Below, piece after piece: positions 1 through 9,106 of a stretch of DNA of 37,488 nucleotides. Made by a program: the position numbers and the translations under genes. Below the pieces are notes generated by a model that was given only the letters and a program-made list of their open reading frames with translations, ran no database searches and was not told the DNA's origin. Source of the stretch: Planctomycetota bacterium (GTDB lineage Bacteria > Planctomycetota > MHYJ01 > JACQXL01); NCBI GenBank assembly GCA_043807745.1, contig JAZDFP010000016.1, forward strand, positions 1 to 37,488, written 5' to 3'. How positions within the stretch are numbered: the first letter of the stretch is position 1; every line of letters begins with the position of its first letter.

Positions 1-3000
1 AATCCGCTTGCGTGTGACAACACCGTAACAATCCTCGTAATTATCTTCTCGCCCGCTACTGTAAAAGGTATCGTAAAATGGGTAGTATCTACTTCGGTTA
101 TCTCAGTGGTTATATCTTGACCTTGTTGAATAACCCATAGCATATTAGCGCCTAATGTATAAAGATTGCTAAGAGTAAATGATTCGTTAGTTCCGCCTAC
201 TGCTATTAATTCTTCATAAACTACGGCTGGGGCGTTGTCGTCAACGTATTTTTTTGTTGATGCTTGATAATCAGTAGTAGGCGTAGGCACTATTGGAGAT
301 GAAGAAAATATCTTTATTCCGTCTACATTTTCGTTGCCGGTATCGTGGACTACATCTGCGTCATTTGCCTTTAAACCAAGATTATCCTTAACCAATTTCT
401 CGCTTGGTATATTAGTATCTAATGTTGGCGAACTCCATGAAGTTACAATTTTTGTGAGTAAAATATAAACAGTATCAAAATAAGTCTTCAAAAAGGCTTT
501 CGTTTGCGTCCAAGTTGATATTTTTGTTTTATTACTATCAGCAGAATCCTTTTGATAAACACTATCGGCATCAACCGGAGTTGTTTTAGTGCCTGTTAGT
601 AATTTTAGACTGCCTGACGCATGCCCAATAGTTCGTATTCCTTGTTCTGCTCCTGCAACACCGTCTTCAATCCTATCAAATTCTGTTGCTTCATAAGAAC
701 CTGGTATGGGAACTGTTCCAGTAGTATAAGTTGGATTACCTACCGCAGTTCCATTATAACCATTACCGGAACTATCAAGAACATCATTATTAAAATGCCA
801 AATTCCAGCAATATTAGTTCCGGCAACATGATGTTTTCCTGCACCAGCACCATATTCTGCGTCTACATCTGTTTGAGTTAAAACATAATTAGTCCAACAA
901 ACAGCCTCATCTAAGGTTACACCAGCAAATCGTCCCGCTCCTGTTCCCCAACATCCAAAACAAAGCTCATAAGTTGTAGTCGGGTCAGCATCAAGAGGTT
1001 GATTATTTCCATTAGTATGCCCCTCAACGCCATTTAAATACAACTTCATTCCAGCCTGTGTATTTGTATCATCCTTAGTTACTACTAACTGATATACTGT
1101 ATTAGGACTAAGGGAAGCAGAACTAATTATTTGTAAATATTTCGCCCCTCCAACAGTTTGCACGAAATCCCAATATACCTTCCCATTATATATAGTGGGC
1201 CCATAACCAGTATACGGAGCATTTGAATTTTGTTTATTAATTATACATTGTAAACTATTTACATTACTTCCAGTTTTAAACCAAACACTCCAACTAAATT
1301 TTTGAAGATACCCTAAATTTAATACATTTCCACATTTAATATATTGAGTAGAACCATTAAGAACAAGTGCCTGACCTGCTTGTCCAGGTTTATATACAGT
1401 TACTGTTTTTGTTTCAACTCTGCCTTCTGTATATTTATCTTCTGATGTATAACCGCCAGCATTAGTTTTTGTAAGAGTTGGTGTGGTTTTAGAAATATTA
1501 AAATTCTGATTAGTGCCAATATCAGTATTTTGAGCATGATAAACACTTACTCCATTTAGTAAATCCCAACTTGCTATTGGATTTGCCCCTGCCGATGTTG
1601 AATAATATAATAACTCATTTGTATCCGATTTAAGTTTTAATAAAGATGCAATTTTAGATATATCTTTTCTCTGCCAATTAGCGCCATCATAATAACAATT
1701 ACTGCATAAATATATTGCTGTAGCGTCAGTAAAAACTCTTCCCCCATAATCACTTGAATTAACTAAATCTAAATAAGGTAAACTTGATTGTATTTTAAAT
1801 GCCGACGAATTACGAATCTGCCTTAACATATCAAAAATATCGTTAACTTTTGATTCTAAAACAGACATACCTCCAACGGCTTCACTCTCAGGCTTGCCTA
1901 ACTGCATCGCCATTATAATGGCATCGCCTTTTAAAGTATATCTTACGCTTTCCACTTCCTCATCTTCTGCGGTAAGCATACCCGGACTGAAAATCCTGAC
2001 CAGGCCTATGGGTTGTATGAATTCTATCCAATCTATTATCTCTACCGGCTTTGCCTCTAACTGTTTTGTCTTCCAGATGTCTTTGGCTACGGTCGTTAGG
2101 TTTGTTGCAACGGCCAGACTATCTGTTGCACTCAATAATGAACCGAATAGAGAAACCCGTTCCCGCCTGTCGTAAGATGTAATAGAACCGCCATGCGAGT
2201 AATTACTTGATTCCTCGGCTCCGATATTAAATACACTGTCCGTAAAGCCCCTCAATACAGTAACTACGTTATAAATATGCTCAAAATCCTGGCTGATGTT
2301 TAGTATGTCAATATCCTTTTGCTGGATTAATACCTTGCCTACAGTTGAGGAAGTGGTTTTAAAGTAGAATTTCTTATTGGCGTCCACGCCCCAATCGGTG
2401 TTGCCCTGTAATAAAGCAAGGATCTTTATTGCATCTAAGGCGGTGCCCCTGAAATATATGTCTGTTACGGTGGCCGCCCCCTGAATCTGGTTATTGTCAT
2501 AGGTTATTGGGGAATAGGGCAGGACGTATGTATCTAAAATATATTTTAACGCTACTGCTACCGTAGTTGCTGTGAAGTGTTTATTACAATAAATCCTATT
2601 TAAGTGTCCAGAAAAGCCATCGCCTTCAAATTCTAATCCGGTTCCGGATTCGTCAAGGTAGGTAGATATTTTATTGATATATCCGGTGTATCTTAGTTCC
2701 CATGTATTTTGATAACCAAGAATCCAGAGTTGGACCTGCCATCCTTCCGTGATATTCCATAATTCAGAGGTTGAGTCTAATTCCTCTTTAGCCACACATT
2801 CAAACCTGCCGCAGCCGCCCCACTGGTCATAAGACCATTCGAACTTTTCTACCTTGTTCGTTATGATTTCTTTTCTGACATTGGTTTTATCTAATAGAAT
2901 AATCCTGTATTGCAAGGCGCCTTCTGGGTCGTCTTCAATCTCGGCCGCTGTTTTAACTGCTATGTCTTTGACTACAGAATGGTCGCCATCAAACCCTCTC

Positions 3001-3983
3001 AGGTAAGTTCCGTATTTTGTCCATTCCGATGCACCATCAAACTTACCGATTCTTGGCTGGAGAGAATAACCACCGCCTATAATGATTCTGCTTTCGCTTG
3101 GCAAATCCCGAATGGTCCAGACCTCATCAGTTGCGATAAATCCAAGTGTAGTCAAACCTGCCGAGATGTCCGTTAAAGTATCGTATGCATAAGTATATAA
3201 TAAACTATTCTGGCAACCGATGGCAAACTTACCTAATACCGAACTATATCTTACGATTAATATTACATCAGCAGTATAATTAGCCGACACCTCAAAAAAG
3301 CCCGTAGCATGTCTATATAGCACCAAATCACCATCGCTCGTCCCGATTAAGAATATTCCGTTAACCGGGTCAAAATCCAGAGACATTATGTCATTCTGAA
3401 AAGTCAGGGCAGTCATAAAGTCATCCGATAAATTGGTTGATGTCCAGGGGTCTCCCGGGATTACCTTAACCAGTCTTGTCTGATTTGGATCTATATTATT
3501 ACCGCCAATAAGATAATATCCGTTTGTTGCATTATAAGAAATAGTATTAACCGGACTACTTCCCCATGCCAATCCAGCTGGTAAAAGTAATGCTGTTCTA
3601 TTGGTCCAGTTTATACCATCTGTGGTAGACATTAACTTACCATCCGAAGAACCGACGAGGAGGACCCTACCGTTTACGCCCAAGTCAACATATTTCATAG
3701 CGGTAATATATGTTGCGGCGGTAAACCCGGCTAATGCAAAGCAATCGGTGGCATGACCTTTTCGCAGCATACACAGCATATCATTACCGCCATAGAATAC
3801 CGCGTCTATGCTTGCCATGTATTCCACGCACCAAAGGTAAAAGGCAGGGTTTGTGCAGACCAGTTTATTTGTTAGGTTTAAGGACTCCGGGATGACAAAC
3901 TTATTTGCTATGCCTACTCCCGATGGGGTAATAGGGTTAAAACTATTATTTCCCGCAATGTAGCAAATATCTCTGACAGACAT
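1..3983 (-). CDS. Giant tail-tip / receptor-binding protein: propeller-like N-terminus, Tal/baseplate-hub-like region, LamG lectin-like domain and fibre-like C-terminal part. The 3' end runs off the window.
   Basis: I translated the minus strand from the ATG at 3983..3981 (an in-frame TAG lies just upstream at 3995..3993). It reads more than 1327 codons with no stop down to position 1. It is missing from the ORF track because there is no stop in the window. The protein begins MSVRDICYIAGNN. It contains a BNR/Asp-box-like STTDGINWT (~3604-3630). A hub-like stretch WELRYTGYINKISTYLD...DAIKILALLQGNTDWGVDANKKFYFK lies at ~2000-2900. A LamG/concanavalin-like jelly roll ALVLNGSTQYIKCGN..FSWSVWFKT..YQLVVTKD..MKLYLNGVE..LDEAVCW lies at ~860-1395. 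Fibre-type motifs DRIEDGV and TKKYVDD lie at ~1-620. The gene sits directly after Dit, where Tal/RBP genes normally lie. Confidence 0.8.
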   Translation of the reverse strand, partial: MSVRDICYIAGNNSFNPITPSGVGIANKFVIPESLNLTNKLVCTNPAFYLWCVEYMASIDAVFYGGNDMLCMLRKGHATDCFALAGFTAATYITAMKYVDLGVNGRVLLVGSSDGKLMSTTDGINWTNRTALLLPAGLAWGSSPVNTISYNATNGYYLIGGNNIDPNQTRLVKVIPGDPWTSTNLSDDFMTALTFQNDIMSLDFDPVNGIFLIGTSDGDLVLYRHATGFFEVSANYTADVILIVRYSSVLGKFAIGCQNSLLYTYAYDTLTDISAGLTTLGFIATDEVWTIRDLPSESRIIIGGGYSLQPRIGKFDGASEWTKYGTYLRGFDGDHSVVKDIAVKTAAEIEDDPEGALQYRIILLDKTNVRKEIITNKVEKFEWSYDQWGGCGRFECVAKEELDSTSELWNITEGWQVQLWILGYQNTWELRYTGYINKISTYLDESGTGLEFEGDGFSGHLNRIYCNKHFTATTVAVALKYILDTYVLPYSPITYDNNQIQGAATVTDIYFRGTALDAIKILALLQGNTDWGVDANKKFYFKTTSSTVGKVLIQQKDIDILNISQDFEHIYNVVTVLRGFTDSVFNIGAEESSNYSHGGSITSYDRRERVSLFGSLLSATDSLAVATNLTTVAKDIWKTKQLEAKPVEIIDWIEFIQPIGLVRIFSPGMLTAEDEEVESVRYTLKGDAIIMAMQLGKPESEAVGGMSVLESKVNDIFDMLRQIRNSSAFKIQSSLPYLDLVNSSDYGGRVFTDATAIYLCSNCYYDGANWQRKDISKIASLLKLKSDTNELLYYSTSAGANPIASWDLLNGVSVYHAQNTDIGTNQNFNISKTTPTLTKTNAGGYTSEDKYTEGRVETKTVTVYKPGQAGQALVLNGSTQYIKCGNVLNLGYLQKFSWSVWFKTGSNVNSLQCIINKQNSNAPYTGYGPTIYNGKVYWDFVQTVGGAKYLQIISSASLSPNTVYQLVVTKDDTNTQAGMKLYLNGVEGHTNGNNQPLDADPTTTYELCFGCWGTGAGRFAGVTLDEAVCWTNYVLTQTDVDAEYGAGAGKHHVAGTNIAGIWHFNNDVLDSSGNGYNGTAVGNPTYTTGTVPIPGSYEATEFDRIEDGVAGAEQGIRTIGHASGSLKLLTGTKTTPVDADSVYQKDSADSNKTKISTWTQTKAFLKTYFDTVYILLTKIVTSWSSPTLDTNIPSEKLVKDNLGLKANDADVVHDTGNENVDGIKIFSSSPIVPTPTTDYQASTKKYVDDNAPAVVYEELIAVGGTNESFTLSNLYTLGANMLWVIQQGQDITTEITEVDTTHFTIPFTVAGEKIITRIVTVLSHASG

Positions 3984-3999
3984 AGAATATCTCTATAAA

Positions 4000-5010
4000 T
4001 TAATTAAAACGTTCAAAATATTGTGTAACGAAACTTCCCCCCGCGCTTGCGCCCATAGCAGACAATACGAAACTATTTACGCCGAACACAATCGGAAGTG
4101 TTACCGTGGAATCATCTGAAATGCTATCAATTGCATTGACGCCATTAACGGTAAATTTTAAATTTTTGGTGTTAATGATTAAAATATCTCCTGCCGCTAA
4201 CGGGGCGTTAAATTGTATGAACTTGCCGGCGGTGGTTGGGACTGTAGCAATTAAAGTTTCCCCAACCGTTGCCGTTAATGATATGAATGATGTTGTATTA
4301 ACTTCCGTATAATCCGTATCCTTAATTAACTTTACCCCATCTTTATATATTGCCAAGCTCCCGTTGCCCAAGACATAAGGGTTAGTAAGGGTAAATGTTT
4401 GCGGTGTGGTGGCAACCGCAAAGACCTGCGGTATCGGGGCGTAATTCGTTATCCTGAATCCCGAATCCAAGGCATTACCGCCCCCTACCGTTAGTGTATA
4501 GACAGGGAACATCGTGCCAAAGCCCCGATTTTCATGCATAAAACTAAGTGTGGCCCCGGCTATTGTTTGTGTATCCACACGTTCACCGTCTGCTGTATAA
4601 GTATAGCCTCCGCCCGTTACCCCTATGGCATAAACAAACGGGTCTTCGCATATGAACCAAATGGAATAATCTGCAAGCAATCCCTTGGTCGCTTTTCTAT
4701 AATTAGGCCCGCTGAAATCGGATTTGGTTGCCCAGACAAACCTATCATTCCAGAATTGAAGTTTCTGCGTGCCCTGGTTAATATAATAAGTCAGGGTATT
4801 TAATGCTGTTTCGAATTCTGCCTGGCTCTTTGCGCGTATCCTTCCTGAAACCGTAACACGCCTGACATCTAACGGAATCGGCAAAGATATCGTTGCTCCA
4901 TGCCTCTTTGGAATATAGGTCAAATCAATTTTTGAATGGGCTGTTTCCAGCCAAGCATTCAAACTGCTTTTAGACGGGAACGTGAAATTGCCGAATTTTA
5001 TGGTTATCAT
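4000..5010 (-). CDS. Distal tail protein (Dit)-like baseplate protein with an extra C-terminal beta-module
   Basis: 336-aa ORF placed between the tape measure gene and the tail-tip gene, which is the canonical Dit slot. The assignment rests on synteny and size only. The C-terminal half carries a ~54-aa module also seen in the tail-tip protein. Confidence 0.5.
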   Translation of the reverse strand: MITIKFGNFTFPSKSSLNAWLETAHSKIDLTYIPKRHGATISLPIPLDVRRVTVSGRIRAKSQAEFETALNTLTYYINQGTQKLQFWNDRFVWATKSDFSGPNYRKATKGLLADYSIWFICEDPFVYAIGVTGGGYTYTADGERVDTQTIAGATLSFMHENRGFGTMFPVYTLTVGGGNALDSGFRITNYAPIPQVFAVATTPQTFTLTNPYVLGNGSLAIYKDGVKLIKDTDYTEVNTTSFISLTATVGETLIATVPTTAGKFIQFNAPLAAGDILIINTKNLKFTVNGVNAIDSISDDSTVTLPIVFGVNSFVLSAMGASAGGSFVTQYFERFN

Positions 5011-5104
5011 TTTTTTAAATTGTTTATTATATTATTTTTATTTACTTCCGATTTTGCTAAACTTATTTTTCGTTTAGTTTCAATAGAATGTGGTTTGTTA
5101 TGCA

Positions 5105-5266
5105 TTATATAAATTTAAACTCCAAGGATTTCCTCTTACATCTACCGGTCTTGCCTCTTTGCACAGTCTCTTTTTGTTTCGTTTCCCTGGATAGCCGGTT
5201 ACCTTCAAATACCTTATCCTTTTTCATTGACCGCGGCCTTCTGAATATAAACTCAAGGACATTCAT
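5105..5266 (-). CDS. Possible small, very basic protein (53 aa)
   Basis: I translated MNVLEFIFRRPRSMKKDKVFEGNRLSRETKQKETVQRGKTGRCKRKSLEFKFI. GGTGA lies 7 nt upstream of the ATG, and the ORF starts 6 nt after the tape-measure stop. It is below the 60-aa cut-off of the ORF track. There is no family signal. Confidence 0.2.
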   Translation of the reverse strand: MNVLEFIFRRPRSMKKDKVFEGNRLSRETKQKETVQRGKTGRCKRKSLEFKFI

Positions 5267-5272
5267 ATTAGA

Positions 5273-7129
5273 TCACCAATTGAATAAGGTCTTTTTCTTT
5301 ACCTTCTTTTTACTCACGTTGATAGCGCTCTGCTCCATTGCGTCGGCCGCTGCTATTAATCCCTTAAGGGTGGCATTTGTGGTTTTCAGGCTGCTTGCCA
5401 TTACATCCTCAATCCCGCGTCCGCCTTCAGCGGTGGCTATCGTTTCCATTACTTTTTTAGCTAACTCTTCGGCAAGTATCCTTCCCTGCTCTCTGTAATT
5501 GGCTGCCATGTTCTGGTAATAATTAATCTGAGCTTTATGGCTTTCGGAGGCTCTTTTATTCGCCGTATTAGTTGCGTCGACTAAGGTAGCTATACCTGCA
5601 ACTACCAGGGTAATGGGATTGGTGGCTATCCCCGCCATCGCACCGACACTCTCTGCTCCAGTAACAGAACCTGCCCCGACCATTGAACCTAACTGTGCGG
5701 TTATATTTTTACCCATTGCATTACTCAGTTCGCGTCCTATGCTTCCGCCGATGTCCTGATAGAATTTTCTAAATATTTGTTTCCACGAATTAGTATGACT
5801 TATAAGCATCTCGCCTATGGAGTAGAAGGCATCAGAGAAAGCACCCCTTATATCATCAACTATCTTTATGAAGGATTTCCCCCAGTCAACCGAGGCATCC
5901 CGCATATGATTCATGGCAACTTTCCAGCCTTCACCAAACTTCTGACCATATTCAGCCGCGGTTAAATCGCGCAGTTTGGCATCTATATCCTTAATGGAAT
6001 CTGCTGTCTGCCCCGTTTCCTTTCTCATTGCTTCCAGTTTTTGTCTTAACACTTCCGTATTTCCACCGGCTTCGAATTCTGCCTTTGATAATTTATCTTT
6101 AAGTATATTAGTTAATTCTTGTGCCTTTTCAGCATCGGTTTTATCCGGGGGTTTTGGTGTCTTTGATTTAGGAGTCTCTAGTTTTTTAAGTGCATCCAAT
6201 TCTTCCTGGAGTCTCTTTTGCATAATAGGGTTACTTGTCAATCCACCTTCTTCCTTTAATTCCAGTAATAGTTTTCTAAGAATAACAATATCGCCTTTTG
6301 CCTGGGTCATTATGGAGGTTATTTTTTTCTCGCCTATGTTCTGTGTCCAACTTCTTTCCGCCTCTGTTCCTATCGACACGACGTCGACGAAAAACTCACG
6401 CCAACCAGCCATTAGGTCGTCCCAAAATTTATTATATGCCTGCTCTGTATCTTTAAGCATTTTTATTTGAGCATCAGATAATATTTTCGTCCCTTCTTTA
6501 ACATTAGATAAATACTTCCCAAAACTTCCACCAGCCGCATCAAATACTTCTGATAATTGCCTTCCGCCTTTCCCAAATAAGTCTACCGCGATGGTATTGC
6601 GTTCCTGGGCATTTTCCATTTTCCCGAGATAATCCACTATCTTAGTAAATGCTTGGAATAAATTTATATTACCGTTCTTAAGGTCTTGTGTTGATATTCC
6701 AAATCGGTCAAACTTTACTATCGCATCAGTAGTTCCTTCCCGTAATGATTGAAGTTCGGTCGACAGTTTAAAGAATGAAGTCTCCAACATATTCATATCA
6801 ACATTCAATAATGTTGATATGCGTTTTAGTAGTTGAGCCTGTTCATTGGTAACATCAAGAGAATATGCCAATTTTGTAACTTCCTTACCATATCCAAGTG
6901 TTTCAAGTGAAAGTTTCTTTATGGCCGCACTGACCGCCATGATAGTGACAGGAATACCAACAAATCCAAGAAATGCCTTAACCGCTAGATTAGTGCTCTG
7001 AGCAATCTGTTTACCGTTCTGCTCAGTGGATACCTTGAATTTTGTGAAGTCGTTACCGATTGACTGAAGTTGACCACTCATCTGGTTGATGATGGACATA
7101 ATGACTTCTATTTTGTTTTCGTCTGCCAT
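5273..7129 (-). CDS. Tail tape measure protein
   Basis: 618-aa ORF immediately after the G/GT chaperone pair. It is alpha-helical and repetitive, has a hydrophobic Gly/Ala-rich segment (GSMVGAGSVTGAESVGAMAGIATNPITLVVAGIATLV), and sits before Dit. Confidence 0.85.
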   Translation of the reverse strand: MADENKIEVIMSIINQMSGQLQSIGNDFTKFKVSTEQNGKQIAQSTNLAVKAFLGFVGIPVTIMAVSAAIKKLSLETLGYGKEVTKLAYSLDVTNEQAQLLKRISTLLNVDMNMLETSFFKLSTELQSLREGTTDAIVKFDRFGISTQDLKNGNINLFQAFTKIVDYLGKMENAQERNTIAVDLFGKGGRQLSEVFDAAGGSFGKYLSNVKEGTKILSDAQIKMLKDTEQAYNKFWDDLMAGWREFFVDVVSIGTEAERSWTQNIGEKKITSIMTQAKGDIVILRKLLLELKEEGGLTSNPIMQKRLQEELDALKKLETPKSKTPKPPDKTDAEKAQELTNILKDKLSKAEFEAGGNTEVLRQKLEAMRKETGQTADSIKDIDAKLRDLTAAEYGQKFGEGWKVAMNHMRDASVDWGKSFIKIVDDIRGAFSDAFYSIGEMLISHTNSWKQIFRKFYQDIGGSIGRELSNAMGKNITAQLGSMVGAGSVTGAESVGAMAGIATNPITLVVAGIATLVDATNTANKRASESHKAQINYYQNMAANYREQGRILAEELAKKVMETIATAEGGRGIEDVMASSLKTTNATLKGLIAAADAMEQSAINVSKKKVKKKTLFNW

Positions 7130-7780
7130 GCCTTAATCTCTCCGTTAAAGACCTTGTTTCCATTCCAATCGTATTTTCAACCCGTTCCTTGTTATAATGG
7201 TTCACATAGATAAACGCTTGCCCTAATGATAAACGCCTAATCTGGGGAATCGTAAAGCCTGTCCTAACCAGGGCGTAGACCATATATTCCCAGTCTATTT
7301 TGTCGTCTGGATGGGAGGCGTCTTTCCCTCCCTCGATGAGTTTTTTATTTCTTCGTCCTCATCGCCGGTTTTTAGTTCGTCTTCTTTCTTGACGAGACCA
7401 TACCCGGACATTTCAAATATCTTTGCCGTCAGTTCCCTGAGATACGAAATATTCGTCGGCAATATTGACGCCACTTTCCTGATACCTATTTTCCATTCGC
7501 CTTTTTCTATCTGGTCATCGGTTAATCCGACTTTCCTTATTCCGAGCCAGGCAACAAACAAATGAAAATCGATTGCTTCTAATATCATGTCTCTTGATGT
7601 TTTCCCTTCAGCGTTCTTTTCCAGCCCGCCTGAGAATATGTCTCCGTATTTACTTACCAGATCTTTAATGTCAACAAGGTCTATCCTGGTGAAAGTATAC
7701 TTTTTGCCGTCCACGCCAGTAATCTTATGCTCTGGAAGTCCGCCTAAAAGAACTTCAAGAGCATTATCTTTATTGTCCAT
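7053..7780 (-). CDS. Tail assembly chaperone GT-like fusion product, made by a -1 programmed frameshift (~242 aa)
   Basis: The 7053..7283 ORF is in the -1 frame relative to 7295..7780. That -1 frame is open from the slippery heptamer at 7346..7340 through to 7053, reading KKLIEGGKDASHPDDKIDWEYMVYALV... It has no SD of its own. Confidence 0.6.
7295..7780 (-). CDS. Tail assembly chaperone (gpG-like)
   Basis: 161-aa acidic ORF between the tail tube and tape measure genes. A strong SD (GAGGAGATAAGAT ATG) precedes it. It carries a frameshift signal near its 3' end. Confidence 0.7.
   Translation of the reverse strand: MDNKDNALEVLLGGLPEHKITGVDGKKYTFTRIDLVDIKDLVSKYGDIFSGGLEKNAEGKTSRDMILEAIDFHLFVAWLGIRKVGLTDDQIEKGEWKIGIRKVASILPTNISYLRELTAKIFEMSGYGLVKKEDELKTGDEDEEIKNSSREGKTPPIQTTK
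7313..7346 (-). other. -1 programmed ribosomal frameshift signal: slippery A_AAA_AAC plus downstream hairpin
   Basis: On the minus strand, the heptamer A AAA AAC (7346..7340) is in the correct X_XXY_YYZ phase of the G frame (ATA AAA AAC). A 7-nt spacer TCATCGA follows. Then comes the stem GGGAGG (7332..7327), loop GAAAGACG, and stem CCTCCC (7318..7313). Confidence 0.6.
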
Positions 7781-7831
7781 ATCTTATCTCCTCTTTTAAT
7801 TTTTATACTGTCCCGCCTTGGCGGGATTATC

Positions 7832-8806
7832 TTACACCGATGTTACGGTGTTAATCAGCGTTAGTTTCACCTCTTTATTGCTATCATCCTGTTTGAATGC
7901 ATTGAAACTGATTTTTTCCAATATCCTGCCCTTTGCCGAGACGGAATTGCTGTATGGATTCAACTTGATTGCCGGGCAGTCTAACTGGAATGTCTGTTTA
8001 AATGCATCTGAGCCGCCGGTTATTACCGCGCCTTCAAACTTCACCCGCAATGCCCTGGATTGCGCGTTAAGAAAATCCGTGCGCCTGCTCACGGTATCAA
8101 ACTCCGCCACGAACGAACCGGATATGATTCTATTGCCTTTCTTTACCGGCTCTTCCATTTCCCTGTCCGGGAACGGAACCCAGTCATCATCCAGGTCGTA
8201 TGCTATTGACATCTCAAAAGAGTTGACCTTAACCCGGGCGTTATTGAAATAAATAAAATTCGCCTCCGCATCCTTATAGGTGATAATCTTGGTCTCGGTG
8301 AATGATTCGCTTGACTTGGAGCTGTAGGTTGCATCAGCACCGATAATCTCAGGGGTTATCACCAGCCCGCCCCTGTTATTAAGGGCAAATCGCATGTTCT
8401 TAATCTTGCAACCGGCTATCAGCAGGCATCCGGTATCACGGTTGATTTCAAAACTCAATCCTATCGGCAGTGCAGTGGCAAGGGTGAATATATGCTGCCA
8501 GACATCCGGGTCGTTGGTGCTATCCGGCTGTGAGCTGGAAACGCTCCCGAAGAGGTGCTTGAATAACAACTCCGCGCCTTCCCATCGGTTAAAGAATTCA
8601 AAAGAACCCTGCGCCATGCGTTTGCCCTGGATGACATCATCCTCATGCCTACTATCCTCATACAGAGAATCCAGAACCACCTGTTCCTCGTTTTCCTCTA
8701 TTGACTCGGAGTTAATCTTGAGGAACTTGCTTCTTGCCACGAGGTCGGCAAAGATAGATTCTTCCCCGAATCCCACATATGCTTCTTGGCCTAATCCTGA
8801 TGCCAT
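7832..8806 (-). CDS. Major tail (tube) protein
   Basis: 324-aa ORF with a strong SD (AAAGGAGAACTATT ATG). It sits after the neck genes and before the chaperones. The pattern MAQGSFEFFNRWEGAELLFKHLFGS resembles phage tail tube families. Confidence 0.65.
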   Translation of the reverse strand: MASGLGQEAYVGFGEESIFADLVARSKFLKINSESIEENEEQVVLDSLYEDSRHEDDVIQGKRMAQGSFEFFNRWEGAELLFKHLFGSVSSSQPDSTNDPDVWQHIFTLATALPIGLSFEINRDTGCLLIAGCKIKNMRFALNNRGGLVITPEIIGADATYSSKSSESFTETKIITYKDAEANFIYFNNARVKVNSFEMSIAYDLDDDWVPFPDREMEEPVKKGNRIISGSFVAEFDTVSRRTDFLNAQSRALRVKFEGAVITGGSDAFKQTFQLDCPAIKLNPYSNSVSAKGRILEKISFNAFKQDDSNKEVKLTLINTVTSV

Positions 8807-8832
8807 AATAGTTCTCCTTTATTTTAAATTAA

Positions 8833-9090
8833 TTATTTCTTTTTTCTGGTCAGCGTTTCTTTCTTATTATCTCTAACATTTATCTTAATCTCTGGGGCAA
8901 GTTTGTATTCCTTATGTTCCCGGAAGTTTCTTGAGTCTATGAACTGTTTGCATACTTCCTTATATCTGTTTTCATTCCCGCCAAAATCAGCCGGGGATAA
9001 TTCCAGTGTATCACCATGCTTTACGGTTATCCCACCTTTGAGTTTGGGGAAATAAACTGGGCTGAGCGTTCCCTGATATACCAGTTTCAT
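8833..9090 (-). CDS. Hypothetical structural-module protein (85 aa)
   Basis: ORF in the operon between the neck and tail tube genes. No recognisable motif. Confidence 0.5.
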   Translation of the reverse strand: MKLVYQGTLSPVYFPKLKGGITVKHGDTLELSPADFGGNENRYKEVCKQFIDSRNFREHKEYKLAPEIKINVRDNKKETLTRKKK

Positions 9091-9106
9091 ATTACTATCT
9101 CCTTAT

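Noticed and set aside
620-860. A second LamG domain suggested by IAGIWHFNNDVLDSSGNGYNGTAVGNPTYTTG in the tail-tip protein
   Set aside because: This is the typical leader motif of LamG_3 domains, but fibre-type sequence follows it rather than a jelly-roll body. It was not counted as a separate domain.
1-3983. A diversity-generating retroelement targeting the lectin-like tail protein
   Set aside because: I found no reverse transcriptase gene in the window, and no template/variable repeat pair by eye. The only exact long repeat is the 55-mer around the portal gene.
5976-6470. Long plus-strand ORFs. Examples are 5976..6470, 7818..8252, 8394..8876, 15505..16119, 14964..15482, 24749..25213, 30164..30730 and 36791..37231. 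All the other plus-strand entries in the track fall in the same group.
   Set aside because: Each lies antisense within a well-supported minus-strand gene and has no SD. Their composition is low-complexity, Ser/Leu/Phe-rich, as expected for shadow frames. No plus-strand gene in the window has independent support.
7053-7283. The 76-aa ORF treated as an independent gene
   Set aside because: It has no SD. It is in the -1 frame of the chaperone gene, and that frame is open back to a canonical slippery site. It is better explained as the T part of a G/GT frameshift product.
8461-8661. Minus-strand alternative-frame ORFs nested inside larger genes (8461..8661, 15251..15511, 29838..30044)
   Set aside because: They are fully contained in the tail tube, capsid and TerL genes in other frames. 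They have no SD and an Arg/Ser-rich composition, so they are most likely chance ORFs.
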